Positions 10,314-20,159 of a stretch of DNA of 51,977 nt are shown piece by piece. Origin of the DNA: Candidatus Adlerbacteria bacterium RIFCSPLOWO2_01_FULL_51_16 (GTDB lineage: Bacteria; Patescibacteriota; Minisyncoccia; Phycocordibacterales; SBAW01); NCBI GenBank assembly GCA_001775485.1, contig MEWX01000026.1:1-51977 (forward strand). The letters run 5' to 3'. The translations under genes and the position numbers were made by a program. Within the stretch, counting starts at the first letter, position 1. Every line of letters starts with the position of its first letter. The notes under the pieces were generated by a model. It was not told where the DNA came from, ran no database searches, and saw only the letters and a list, made by a program, of their open reading frames with translations.

Positions 10314-11290
10314 TCAAACAACTTACAACGCCTGTTGCAATTATTGTCTTTAAACGCCTTGATGCTACCAAAAAGATGTTTGAAGCCGTGCGCGCGGCAC
10401 AACCACAGGAGTTCTACATCATCGCCGATGGATGGAGAAACGACGCGGAGAAAGAAAAGTGCCTGGCGGTGCGGAAATATCTTGAAGGTGCAGTCGATTG
10501 GCCGTGCGCAGTACGTAAAAATTATGCGGATGTAAATCTCGGCTGCAAAAAGCGCGTCGTCTCCGGTCTCGATTGGGTTTTCTCGGAAGTTGAAGAAGCA
10601 ATCATCCTTGAAGACGATTGCGTGCCGGACCAGAGCTTCTTCCCTTTTTGTGAAGAGATCCTTCTGAAATACCGCAACGAGCCGCGTGTGATGCAAATTG
10701 CAGGACTCAATGTCCAGCATAAGAACAGGTATTTCAACACCAACGGCGCAAGTTATTACTTCTCGCAATTCGGGGAAATTTGGGGGTGGGCCACCTGGCG
10801 CAGAGCTTGGAGTCTTTACGACGCAAAAATGGGGGCCTGGCCTCACGCAAAAGAAGCCGGATTATTACAAGAGCGCATTAAAGACCTCGGCATAGTAGAC
10901 TATTTCGAATATCGGTTTGATTTCGTGTATGGTGCGAGAGAAGACCGGAAAAAGTCCGATGTTTGGGGAGCACAGTGGATCTTTACACAATTATTACACG
11001 GTGGGCTTTCGATCGTTCCAAAAACTAATCTCATATCTAATGTGGGCGACAGTGACGACGCAACACACAAAAAGGCGGCAACTGCAGGGAGTGAGTTTTT
11101 AAGAATGAAGACTACCCCGGTTGTATTTCCTCTCGTACACCCGCAAACTATCGAAGCGGATGAGTTAGCCGACGCGTTTAGTCTGCGCGTCGGCTCCGGT
11201 ATTAAAAAAAGGCCTATCGAAAAAGGGCTTTTCTTTCTCAAACATCATGCGCCATTCCTCCACCGCGCACTCAAGTACTTAAAACAATGA
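10310..11290 (+). CDS. GT-A fold glycosyltransferase (GT2-like, 'HlpA-like')
   Basis: IIVFKR, IADG, NLGCK, IILEDDC, WGWATWRRAW, PKTNLISNVG. Confidence 0.8.
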   Translation: MIKQLTTPVAIIVFKRLDATKKMFEAVRAAQPQEFYIIADGWRNDAEKEKCLAVRKYLEGAVDWPCAVRKNYADVNLGCKKRVVSGLDWVFSEVEEAIILEDDCVPDQSFFPFCEEILLKYRNEPRVMQIAGLNVQHKNRYFNTNGASYYFSQFGEIWGWATWRRAWSLYDAKMGAWPHAKEAGLLQERIKDLGIVDYFEYRFDFVYGAREDRKKSDVWGAQWIFTQLLHGGLSIVPKTNLISNVGDSDDATHKKAATAGSEFLRMKTTPVVFPLVHPQTIEADELADAFSLRVGSGIKKRPIEKGLFFLKHHAPFLHRALKYLKQ

Positions 11291-12024
11291 ACATAAAACC
11301 CCGAAGTAGAATACGGAATAAGATTTCTCACCTATTACTCAAAGCTCGTAAAAGAGTTGAAAATGAGATACGGGAAGATTTTGAAAAAAGCGGCGAATCC
11401 TACTTAATACACTCTATTGCCGAAGAATACGCCGGAGAAAAGATAACGGTATTTGATGTTGGAGCAAATATTGGCTCATGGAGCACTCTACTTGCTCGAG
11501 AAGTTTCCAAACACAAAAGCGTTCTCGATTTGCATGCTTTCGAGCCCGACGCAGATTATCATGGACCCGGCGAATTTATTAAAGCGGCCGTATCTTCAAC
11601 ACCAGGAACAGTGCAGATATATAAAAGAAAAGACAGTGATCAGTCGTCTTTGTACGAAAGAAGGCTGGCGCACTCAAAGCAGGGCGATGCAAAAATCCTA
11701 GAAATCCCTGCTATTCGCTTAGACGATTACATCAAGAAAAACAATCTACAGCATATAGACCTTTTAAAAATAGACGTAGAGGGGCATGAACTCTCTGTCT
11801 TAAAGAGCTTGGGTTCATATTTGAGACCATCTTTTGTTACTTACATACAGTTTGAATACGGCATCACTTATGTTGACGCGAGCACATACCTTCTGGATAT
11901 GTATGAGATTCTGAAAGAATACCGAATATGTAAACTCTTCCCTAACCACCTGGAGGAAACTCCCTACCAGAGCGATTTGGAGGATTTTATGTTTACGAAT
12001 TACGTCGCAGTAGCAAAAATCTAA
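11287..12024 (+). CDS. FkbM-family methyltransferase
   Basis: FDVGANIG, AFEP, IDLLKIDVEGHE, IQFEYG. Confidence 0.88.
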   Translation: MNIKPRSRIRNKISHLLLKARKRVENEIREDFEKSGESYLIHSIAEEYAGEKITVFDVGANIGSWSTLLAREVSKHKSVLDLHAFEPDADYHGPGEFIKAAVSSTPGTVQIYKRKDSDQSSLYERRLAHSKQGDAKILEIPAIRLDDYIKKNNLQHIDLLKIDVEGHELSVLKSLGSYLRPSFVTYIQFEYGITYVDASTYLLDMYEILKEYRICKLFPNHLEETPYQSDLEDFMFTNYVAVAKI

Positions 12025-13235
12025 TAAAATTTTCCGTACTGCGCCAACTGCCGTTCAAGTGAAAATTCTTTTGTAAGTCGCGTGCGGCCTGCAGCACCAA
12101 ACCGTGCCGCTAGAGCTTCATCTTGCAGTAGTGTAGTAATTTTTTGAGCTAATAAATCAATATCGAGCGGATTGATAATAAAGCCGGTAACCCCATTTTC
12201 AACTACCTCGCAGGAACCGCCGAAACAGGTTGCGATAACCGGTTTGCCTGCCGCCATTGCTTCAAGATTAGCTGTGGGAAATGAATCAAAAATAATTGAG
12301 GGCACCGCGACAACAGAGGCCTTACAGTATTGTTCGGGCATTTGCGGATATGGGACTGGAGGATGAAGCACGATATTTTTTCTGATATCGAGTTCATCTA
12401 TAAGAGCATCCATCACCGGCTCTTTTTGACCCACAGGAAAACCAATAACATGCAGCTGCGCTTCAGGTATTTCTTCTACAACCTTAGCAAAGGCGCGCAG
12501 TGTTACATCCCTGCCTTTGTCCGGCGTAAAGCGTCCTACAAAAAGAACCGTTGGTTCGTTGTGCGGAGGACAGTTTTTAAATCGCTCACTGTCTATGCCA
12601 TTATGTACAACAGAAACATTGCCCTTAATGCCATTGTCTGCAAGTGCTTGTTTCAGCGCCTCGCTTACGGCAAAAATCTGATCAACCTGCTTTAGACACC
12701 TCCGGATAATAAAGTTACGGAGTGGGTTGTACCGCAGACGCGCGTCTTTGAGATTCACAAGCCACGGCACATGGTAGTTGAAAGCGGTGGGAATGGCAGT
12801 TGAAGAGTAATCTATAAAATTGTGGAGCTTTTGGTAGGCGAAACTCATAACGTCGTGCGCGGTCAGAAACACCTTTGCCCCGCTTCGTTTTGCGATTGTA
12901 ATGGAACGGTATGAAAAATAATGATGAATATTGTGAAAATGCACTATGTCGGGGCTAAATGCTTTCAATTCCTTTTCAAATGCTTTGGTCAATTCTCTAT
13001 TATTCAAACTCTTATACGCCCACCACCGCGGGAGATAATCAGTATAGAAAGTGTGTACTGAAATTCCTTCGTACATACTCGCGCCAATTGGCATATTTTT
13101 GTCTTGTGTCGTAGTAAAAACCTGCACCTCAAAACCCCGCTCGAGCAATCCCTTTGCATGCAGGTAGGCAATGGTGTTGGCTCCTCCCCACCCCCGCGGG
13201 GGGAACCCGTCATTTACAATAAGAACTTTTTTCAT
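12021..13235 (-). CDS. GT4 glycosyltransferase
   Basis: MKKVLIVNDGFPP..GGA, DIVHFHN, TAHD, HNGID, FVGR..PDKG, EAMAAGKPVI. Start trimmed to ATG 13235. Confidence 0.88.
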   Translation of the reverse strand: MKKVLIVNDGFPPRGWGGANTIAYLHAKGLLERGFEVQVFTTTQDKNMPIGASMYEGISVHTFYTDYLPRWWAYKSLNNRELTKAFEKELKAFSPDIVHFHNIHHYFSYRSITIAKRSGAKVFLTAHDVMSFAYQKLHNFIDYSSTAIPTAFNYHVPWLVNLKDARLRYNPLRNFIIRRCLKQVDQIFAVSEALKQALADNGIKGNVSVVHNGIDSERFKNCPPHNEPTVLFVGRFTPDKGRDVTLRAFAKVVEEIPEAQLHVIGFPVGQKEPVMDALIDELDIRKNIVLHPPVPYPQMPEQYCKASVVAVPSIIFDSFPTANLEAMAAGKPVIATCFGGSCEVVENGVTGFIINPLDIDLLAQKITTLLQDEALAARFGAAGRTRLTKEFSLERQLAQYGKFY

Positions 13236-13348
13236 ACTAAAAGACACATAACAGTAGAACTGCTGCGCATCTTGAAGTGTAACAAACCTAATAATCAACG
13301 CGAGCTTTTGCTTTATGGTGCTGGTCGTGTTAGTTTTTGTGATGTTAT

Positions 13349-14278
13349 ATGAAATATATCGGAAGGAAATTAATTAGTCAGATTTTATACCACACCCACT
13401 CCGAAAAATATCAAAATATTTTGATGTGGCCTGTCGCTCGTCGGGTGCTGGGAGAGCAATATATAGAAACTGTGAATATCGGCGACGACATACGCATGCA
13501 TCTATATTCGGACATGCATGATATGGCAGTTAAATCACTACTATTTTACTCTGACCGCGTCCACTATGCGATGGAGCCGATCACTGCGCGGCTCTTTATT
13601 AAATTGGCAAAACATGCGTCCTGCATCGTGGCGGCAGGAGGGCATCTTGGTTATTATTCACTCATAGCAGCAAAACATAACCCATTAGCAAGCATCTATA
13701 CTTTTGAGCCGGTATCAAAAATATACGCCCGCTTAGTCGAAAACGCTAAGTTAAACAATTCCAATATTCATGCAGAACATAAGGCCCTTTCAGATACAGA
13801 AGGCGAGGTAATCATGAATGTCGATGATGGACAATCGTCAGTTCTATCTGGCAAGAAAAAAGTGCCGCAGGAGAAAGTCAGGGCTACAACTATGGACGCA
13901 TATTTCAGTCGACAAAAAAACTGGCCTAATCTTATACTTTTGGACGTGGAGGGTTACGAAGCAACCGTGCTCTCTGGAGCCAAAGAAACACTTGCGCATA
14001 AACCTGATTTGATAATGGAAATAAATCTACACATGATACGAGGTGCATACAAAGGAGAGATACAACTTACTCAAAATCTTAAAAATCTTGGGTATTCGCT
14101 CTACATTATTCGCGACAACTATAAGCATCTTTCCATGCTTACCACTCCCATGGAGGTGAGTGTGGCGCCGTTTAGGCCGGGTGATTCATCCCTATTTACA
14201 AGTACTTGGGCGAACATTTTTGCTACGATGAAGACGAGTGCAGAACTTGAAAAATTTGGTATTCAAATCACGGATTAA
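13349..14278 (+). CDS. FkbM-family methyltransferase (opposite strand to its neighbours)
   Basis: AAGGHLGYY, TFEPV, ALSD, LLDVEGYE..VLSG, IMEIN. Confidence 0.82.
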   Translation: MKYIGRKLISQILYHTHSEKYQNILMWPVARRVLGEQYIETVNIGDDIRMHLYSDMHDMAVKSLLFYSDRVHYAMEPITARLFIKLAKHASCIVAAGGHLGYYSLIAAKHNPLASIYTFEPVSKIYARLVENAKLNNSNIHAEHKALSDTEGEVIMNVDDGQSSVLSGKKKVPQEKVRATTMDAYFSRQKNWPNLILLDVEGYEATVLSGAKETLAHKPDLIMEINLHMIRGAYKGEIQLTQNLKNLGYSLYIIRDNYKHLSMLTTPMEVSVAPFRPGDSSLFTSTWANIFATMKTSAELEKFGIQITD

Positions 14279-14304
14279 AAAATAAAAAATTAATCATTAG
14301 AGCA

Positions 14305-14367
14305 TTATTGTAACTTTGCGATAGCAAGAAGTCCACTGTCCGTAACAAATCTTACATCCTTGTGGCG
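14305..14367 (-). pseudogene. Relic 3' end of a polysaccharide deacetylase allele
   Basis: Translates as RHKDVRFVTDSGLLAIAKLQ*, colinear with RHKNIRFVTNSELLTAAELP at 15555-15614 of the upstream deacetylase. Confidence 0.75.
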
Positions 14368-14397
14368 GGAACCCGTCATTTACAATAAGAACTTTTT

Positions 14398-14952
14398 TCA
14401 TAAACGCTTTAAAATAAGACCGCGATTTATTGGATGTTTGGTAAAATCCGTCAAAGCATTTATGGAGTCAACATAGTGGGGACGGTCGGCATCGTCGAGT
14501 AGTATGGATCCCCCCCGTTTCACTTTTGTCCGTGCGTGTAGCAGGCATTGTGTACGACATCTGCCGTCTACGATGATGAGGTCGAAGTAAACATCGGGGT
14601 AAGAATCTATTGCTTCCACATATTTTTTATACGTTAGGTGTCCGTATTTCCCGCTACTCCGATACGGTTCCGTTTGTTTGGATTGTCGAGATGCGGGTTC
14701 GGGCAAAATAAGCTTCAAGCGGCAGTTGAATACGAGGTTAAAAATGACACTCAACAGAACTTTTATGTACCATCGTTTACTCGATTCAATAGTAATGATC
14801 GACTTTACACGCGGAGCTATAAACAGCGTGGAGCCACCGCTCCCCCACTCAAAAACACGCATATCTTTTGTGAGATGGCTGCCGAGCCAGTCAATCATCT
14901 CTTGGGGCATATAGGGTACTCTAGCCATCGATATATTCATATCGTCATTCAC
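14398..14952 (-). CDS. Class I SAM-dependent methyltransferase-like protein
   Basis: VFEWGSGGST, FDLIIVDGRCR, GGSILLDD. Confidence 0.78.
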   Translation of the reverse strand: MNDDMNISMARVPYMPQEMIDWLGSHLTKDMRVFEWGSGGSTLFIAPRVKSIITIESSKRWYIKVLLSVIFNLVFNCRLKLILPEPASRQSKQTEPYRSSGKYGHLTYKKYVEAIDSYPDVYFDLIIVDGRCRTQCLLHARTKVKRGGSILLDDADRPHYVDSINALTDFTKHPINRGLILKRL

Positions 14953-16298
14953 GAATTGAATATAAATGAATACTCTTCTCCGTTTGGGGAGATATAAAAA
15001 ATCTTATATCCGGCTTCGTGTAGCTTCTCTATCGCCCCTTTTGTCTTATGTATACCAAGTCCTTTCCACCGATGATGAAACTCAACCAGGAGTTGTTTTG
15101 GAAATATTTTTGACGCGAACATATCGTCTATAACTTCATACTCTCCGCCTTCAATATCCATTTTGAGGACGTCAATATAAGTATGGCCAAGCTCGCGCAT
15201 GATGGTCTGTAGGCGCTTCACCGGTGCTTCTACTCCCTTGCCTTCACGCGCCGTCGAATATGAGACCCAGTGTGGTTTAAGTGGTTCTGCAAAATGTTGC
15301 ATTCCGTCTTGCGGACCGATTCCGTACTCATAAAAAATAAAATATTTTGGAAGCTTTTGTTCTTTAAGCCACACAATCGATTTCGGTGTCGGGTCAAACG
15401 CGTGCACTGTTAGATTATATTTTTCAATTAATACCTTATCCCACGAAATATCTTCTCCCACTCCAAACGAGTAAATAATGCTATCGGCAGTAAGATCTCC
15501 CCCGGTAACCCATGACCCGCCAATATGTTCGGACGGGATTACTGTCTCGATGGTCGGGAGTTCCGCGGCTGTAAGTAACTCGCTGTTCGTTACAAAACGG
15601 ATATTTTTGTGGCGTGCGATATAAGCGAGTAACTTTTCAAGATCGTCCCACATGCCGTACGCCTCAAGCTCCCACGAGTGGCCCCAAAGGTGGAATACTT
15701 CGCCGTGTTTTTGGGAATGATCAAAAGCGGATTTCGCAACCGAGAGCCAACTGGTCATACGGCTCCGCGGCACACCGAGCGCGCGGTAGAGCGAGTAGCG
15801 CTCCCGTAGCGGTTCCAGCAACCGCCGCCAATAATATCCCCCTCTCAAATTTTTTCTGAATGGGAACGGATAAACTTGGAGCGTTGTCGGCACTTCATAT
15901 GCACTCGTCGGGAGATCTATTTTTGAAGCAATCGTGGTGCGTGCCCCGCGAAAACCCGCTTCGCGGACGAGTTCTGCTGTTGCCTCATCAAAATATCCCG
16001 AAGGGTAGCAAAACATCGGGACTTCCCCGGCCGTGACACCCTGAAGCCATTCTTTGCTTCCTCGTATCTCGCGAACCTTCTCTTCTTTTAAAAGTTTGCA
16101 CAAGTCCGGATGTGTGAGCGTGTGCGCGCCCACTTCATGTGCTTTTGAAAGTACCCTGATCTCCTCTTCCGACAGACGCTCTTTTCTATACTCTTTGGCG
16201 ACATAAAAAGTCCCCTTCACGCCGTAGCGCGAAAGCAAACGGCCTAGCTTGCGGTCGAGCGTGTCGCCGTCGTCCCAGCTTGTCGTTACATATAGCAT
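14949..16298 (-). CDS. Polysaccharide deacetylase (NodB/CE4) fused to an FkbM-like methyltransferase
   Basis: TTSWDDG, GAHTLTHP, FCYPSG and HLWGHSWE, then YSFGVGEDISWD, FDPTP, LKMDIEGGE and QLLVEFH. Start trimmed to ATG 16298. Confidence 0.85.
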   Translation of the reverse strand: MLYVTTSWDDGDTLDRKLGRLLSRYGVKGTFYVAKEYRKERLSEEEIRVLSKAHEVGAHTLTHPDLCKLLKEEKVREIRGSKEWLQGVTAGEVPMFCYPSGYFDEATAELVREAGFRGARTTIASKIDLPTSAYEVPTTLQVYPFPFRKNLRGGYYWRRLLEPLRERYSLYRALGVPRSRMTSWLSVAKSAFDHSQKHGEVFHLWGHSWELEAYGMWDDLEKLLAYIARHKNIRFVTNSELLTAAELPTIETVIPSEHIGGSWVTGGDLTADSIIYSFGVGEDISWDKVLIEKYNLTVHAFDPTPKSIVWLKEQKLPKYFIFYEYGIGPQDGMQHFAEPLKPHWVSYSTAREGKGVEAPVKRLQTIMRELGHTYIDVLKMDIEGGEYEVIDDMFASKIFPKQLLVEFHHRWKGLGIHKTKGAIEKLHEAGYKIFYISPNGEEYSFIFNS

Positions 16299-16370
16299 GG
16301 TGGCACAATCAAGAATATCACTCACAGGAATGCTTGCTAACATGGCTTAATATCGGTATAACTCTCGAGG

Positions 16371-17054
16371 ATGGAAAAGGAGAACGCCATGGCTACTCTT
16401 ATTATCGGCGGCACCCGCGGCCTCGGGTTTGAAATCGGCGTACTCCTTGCCAAAAGGGGTAGCCGCGTTTTCACGACCGGTAGGTCGCAGAGAGCAATCG
16501 AGGGGTTCACTACAGTTGAACTCCCGGTAAACGAAAAAGTTGCTGAACTTCAAGCGCGGCTCGACACCATCGTATCGGAGCTGCCGCACATAGACCTTCT
16601 TGTCTTCGCCGCAGGGTTCGGCGAACAGGGCACTATCGATGAGTTGAGCGACGAGCATGTCCTTGCAATGATCAACGTCGGTCTTGTATTGCCGGCGCTA
16701 CTTCTGCAGCGGATCCTCAAAAAACAAGGCGGACTCAAGGGGCTCATTGCGATAACCTCGACCTCGCAATGGATTCCGCGGAAGAAGGAGCCCGTCTACA
16801 CCGGTGTGAAGGCGGGGCTTGCGATGCTCGCAAATTCTGTTTCGCTTGACTCGCGGGTGAAGAAAACTCTAGTTGTGGGGCCTGCAGGCATGGACACCGG
16901 CTTTTGGGCTGGCTCCGGCCGCGACACCGCCGGTATGCTCTCTCCGCAGTTTGTCGCGAAGGAAGTGTTTAAGCTCTGGAACGAGAAGTTCGTCTACCGG
17001 CTTGCACGGATACTGCGAGACCCGCCCCGTGTTGAAGTACTGGAAGCAAGATGA
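16371..17054 (+). CDS. Short-chain dehydrogenase/reductase
   Basis: IGGTRGLG, AAG, YTGVK (YxxxK), PAGMDT. An alternative ATG at 16389 follows AAGGAG. Confidence 0.85.
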   Translation: MEKENAMATLIIGGTRGLGFEIGVLLAKRGSRVFTTGRSQRAIEGFTTVELPVNEKVAELQARLDTIVSELPHIDLLVFAAGFGEQGTIDELSDEHVLAMINVGLVLPALLLQRILKKQGGLKGLIAITSTSQWIPRKKEPVYTGVKAGLAMLANSVSLDSRVKKTLVVGPAGMDTGFWAGSGRDTAGMLSPQFVAKEVFKLWNEKFVYRLARILRDPPRVEVLEAR

Positions 17055-17083
17055 ACCGCCCTCCGTGAGGGCGGTTCTTTTTT
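17053..17083 (+). terminator. Intrinsic terminator
   Basis: gaaccgccctc-cgt-gagggcggttc followed by T6. Confidence 0.8.
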
Positions 17084-17138
17084 ATTCTCCTGTGGTAAAG
17101 TGGGCGCAGACGGACATCTACACAAGAGAGGTGAGACC

Positions 17139-18374
17139 ATGCAATCCTTCAGGATTGAAGATAGGCACGATTTCGCCTCTAAACTCCGGCAAGAGTCGGA
17201 GTTCGGGCGTATGCAGGCCTACATCAATTGGCAACGGGCGGTGCGCGACGCAAAAGTTAAGGGGCTTGAGGCCCCGCGGATGCCGCAGGGGTGGGGGCCG
17301 CTTTCCCTGAACCTCGACCTCACGACCGCCTGCAACTACGCGTGCACCCACTGCATCGATTGGGACATGCTGAACAGCAGGGCAAAATACGACCACGAGA
17401 TACTCATGAAATCTTTGTGGAATTTGATCGAGCGTGGCTTGCGTTCGGTCATCCTCATCGGCGGCGGTGAACCGACACTCTACCCGAAATTCGGGGACGT
17501 CGTGCGCTTCCTCAAAGAGCACGAGGTGCAGGTAGGCATCGTCAGCAACGGCTCCCGCAATGAGAAGATCTGTGAGATCGCTCCCGTCCTTGTGAAAAAG
17601 GATTGGGTGCGGTTTTCGCTCGACTCGGGCACGGAGAAAACCTTTGCAGCCATGCATCAGCCGAAGAAGCCCATTGGACTTGAGAAGATCTGCTCCTTTG
17701 TACCGCGTATCCGGGAGCTCAATCCCCTCATTGCGGTCGGCTTCTCCTACATCATCGTGTGGGGAGGTGCCGAGCGCGAGGCGCATGTGAAGATAATCCC
17801 GAACATCGGGGAGATGGTCGCTGCGGCAAAGCTCGCTCGCGAGCATAGCTTCACGTACATCTCCTTCAAACCGTTCCTAACCCGGCACCCGGACGGAGCG
17901 GAAGTGATGGATACAGCCGCGGTTTTGCAATTCAATGAAACCGTTGCCTCAATCCGGGAAGCGCTTTCCGAGGCGAAACTCCTCGAGACCGAGGGGTTCA
18001 AGGTCGTCGAAAGCACGAACTTGCGGGTACTGCTAGAAGGCAACTGGCGGGACTACACCCGCCAACCACACATGTGCCACATGATGGCCTTCCGGCAGGT
18101 GCTCTCGCCTTTGGGGCTCTACAATTGCCCGGCACACCGAGGTGAAACAAAGGCGCGTATGGGCGATCCGACCTCCTACCGGGACGAGAGCTCGATAACG
18201 GAGTTTGAGCGCTCAACCACGAGGATGCTTGAGACCTTTGATGCAATGCACGAATGCCGCGAGGTGACGTGCCTGTATCATTCCGCCAACCACATGTTGG
18301 AGGGGCTCATTGACGGCACGCTTAACGCCGCCGACGTTGAAGCGCTCCCCGACCGGGAAGATTACTTCTTGTAA
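17139..18374 (+). CDS. Radical SAM protein with C-terminal SPASM/twitch-like cysteines
   Basis: CNYACTHC (CxxxCxxC), GGGEP, SNG, RFSLDSG, and C-terminal C...C...CxxxxC. ATG 17139 follows GAGAGGTG. Confidence 0.88.
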   Translation: MQSFRIEDRHDFASKLRQESEFGRMQAYINWQRAVRDAKVKGLEAPRMPQGWGPLSLNLDLTTACNYACTHCIDWDMLNSRAKYDHEILMKSLWNLIERGLRSVILIGGGEPTLYPKFGDVVRFLKEHEVQVGIVSNGSRNEKICEIAPVLVKKDWVRFSLDSGTEKTFAAMHQPKKPIGLEKICSFVPRIRELNPLIAVGFSYIIVWGGAEREAHVKIIPNIGEMVAAAKLAREHSFTYISFKPFLTRHPDGAEVMDTAAVLQFNETVASIREALSEAKLLETEGFKVVESTNLRVLLEGNWRDYTRQPHMCHMMAFRQVLSPLGLYNCPAHRGETKARMGDPTSYRDESSITEFERSTTRMLETFDAMHECREVTCLYHSANHMLEGLIDGTLNAADVEALPDREDYFL

Positions 18375-18390
18375 TCGTCCCACGATCACG

Positions 18391-18424
18391 ACCCCTGGGC
18401 CTACGGCCCAGGGGTTATTTTTTT
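18391..18424. terminator. Hairpin terminator between convergent genes
   Basis: acccctgggcc-tac-ggcccaggggt followed by a T-rich tract. Confidence 0.75.
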
Positions 18425-20157
18425 ATTGCATACAGTTTAAAGTCACCGCTCTCAACTACCGCCGGTTCTGTTATTAACCCCTTAAGCCGCCACTCCGGCT
18501 CCATTTTGAAGTCCCAAAGTATGAAGTCGATTTTGTGCGTCTTGATGGTCTGCGAGAGCGGTTGCGATAAGAACTTTTGATACTGCGGCACCAATGCATC
18601 AAGCACCGAGTCGGGGAAGCAACCATAGGACCCGCACAAATCGCGCCAGTAGGTTCCTATAAATAAGAGTGCGCCAACCTCATCTCTGTGTCCATATAGA
18701 TATGTCTGTACCTCGCCTGCGGCAACTCCCTGCAGCGCGAGCATGACAAAGTAGTCGTGCACGAGTTGACTCTTCGGCACCGCAAACGTTGCATCATAAC
18801 CGCCCATGTAGGTAAACCCTTGGGTATATATCGTCAGCCGTGTTGCAAGGTAGTAGTTGGTAAGGGTGACCGTGCCCGGCCCCTGTGCGCGCAGATATGC
18901 AAACATAGGCGCTAGCGCCTGATGTCTCGCAGAGTCCTCGCTGTGAGCCCTGTACGAGGCCACTTGTACACCGAGTGCAAACCATCCGCACACTACAACT
19001 AGAGCGACTACGGTAAGGACACGCCAGACCTTTGGTACGAGAGTCAACGACTCCATCGCCAAAAAGGTCATGGCGAGCACAAACATCGGAATATTGGTAA
19101 AGAAATGGAAGTGCTGTTGAAAGACGAGTTTGCCGGTTATCACTTGATGGTTTGAGACAATGACACCGGCGATCAAAAGAAGCAAAACAAAGAGATACTT
19201 TTGTGCAAACGCGGCAGCCCACTCTCCGACAACTCCCCGCCCGCGGCTCCACCAACCCCACAAAAAAATGATTGAGTAGAGAAAGAGTGGCAGGAGAATG
19301 ACTTTTTCAACAATAACGCGGTGCGTGGGAATCGCCTGCGTGAGTTGACTCCCACCCCCGTGTACAAATATAGACAAATTCGCGACCAAGAAAGGCATCA
19401 TTACAAGTGCGGCTACAAAGCCGCTTGCGCAAGTGGCAAAAAAGAGCGGCCAGTTGCGCATTGCAAGCGCATAGAGCCCCATAACGCCGAGTGCGACAAA
19501 AGCGAACATCCAAAAATAAGGGTAGATATAGGCGAGTATCCCTACACTCACACCCGCAAGTGCTATCGCCCACGCTGAACGAGGAGCGCGCAACAAATGT
19601 AGTAGCGCTCCGAGTGCGGCAAAGAAGAAAAGTCCGCTTACCTGCGGATTGACCGGGCGCGAGTAGGACAAGAATTCACTAAATTCGCCGCGAAAAATAA
19701 AATTGCGGAAAAGATTTGATATCCCATTGGGGTGCACTAGCTCGGTGCCGAGAAGCATCGCGGCTGCAACCGCAATCGCGGTAAGCCGACTCCCCGAGAT
19801 TCCATATGCGAACGCGTAAAGAAGCAGCGTGAGCAGGGCGGGGAAGAAAAATTCTGCTGCTATGGCCAGCTCATCTATGCGCAGACCGAGCGCCTTGCCC
19901 ACCTTGCCGAGCACAAATTCTATAGGAAAGTATTGAAACGGATTGCCACTGTCTCTGTATTCATAATGAAAAGGATCCCGCACTAACCCCCGGCTCTCGT
20001 AGCTTTTGTTGATGACAGTGAAGTAAAAGTCCGCGTCTCCCGAATCCGCCATGACAATGCCCTGATACCCCGGGGTATAGGTGTTATACACATCAGGGCC
20101 GACATATATCGCCCCCACAAAAAGTGCGAGTATGAATGCGGCAAAGTGTTTCTTCAT
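18415..20157 (-). CDS. Polytopic membrane protein, probable GT-C glycosyltransferase
   Basis: About 13 TM segments, an acidic DxDFY motif in the first loop, a soluble C-terminal domain, and position directly downstream of a polyprenol-P-sugar synthase. Confidence 0.5.
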   Translation of the reverse strand: MKKHFAAFILALFVGAIYVGPDVYNTYTPGYQGIVMADSGDADFYFTVINKSYESRGLVRDPFHYEYRDSGNPFQYFPIEFVLGKVGKALGLRIDELAIAAEFFFPALLTLLLYAFAYGISGSRLTAIAVAAAMLLGTELVHPNGISNLFRNFIFRGEFSEFLSYSRPVNPQVSGLFFFAALGALLHLLRAPRSAWAIALAGVSVGILAYIYPYFWMFAFVALGVMGLYALAMRNWPLFFATCASGFVAALVMMPFLVANLSIFVHGGGSQLTQAIPTHRVIVEKVILLPLFLYSIIFLWGWWSRGRGVVGEWAAAFAQKYLFVLLLLIAGVIVSNHQVITGKLVFQQHFHFFTNIPMFVLAMTFLAMESLTLVPKVWRVLTVVALVVVCGWFALGVQVASYRAHSEDSARHQALAPMFAYLRAQGPGTVTLTNYYLATRLTIYTQGFTYMGGYDATFAVPKSQLVHDYFVMLALQGVAAGEVQTYLYGHRDEVGALLFIGTYWRDLCGSYGCFPDSVLDALVPQYQKFLSQPLSQTIKTHKIDFILWDFKMEPEWRLKGLITEPAVVESGDFKLYAIKK

Positions 20158-20159
20158 AT

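Larger units (their letters stand above)
13201..14402. repeat. 36-bp perfect direct repeat (13201-13236 and 14367-14402), equal to the first ~12 codons of the GT4 gene
   Basis: gggaacccgtcatttacaataagaacttttttcata occurs at both positions. Confidence 0.92.

Noticed and set aside
13236-13298. IRFVTLQDA upstream of GT4 as a third deacetylase-tail relic
   Set aside because: The match is only about 5 residues, so chance cannot be excluded.
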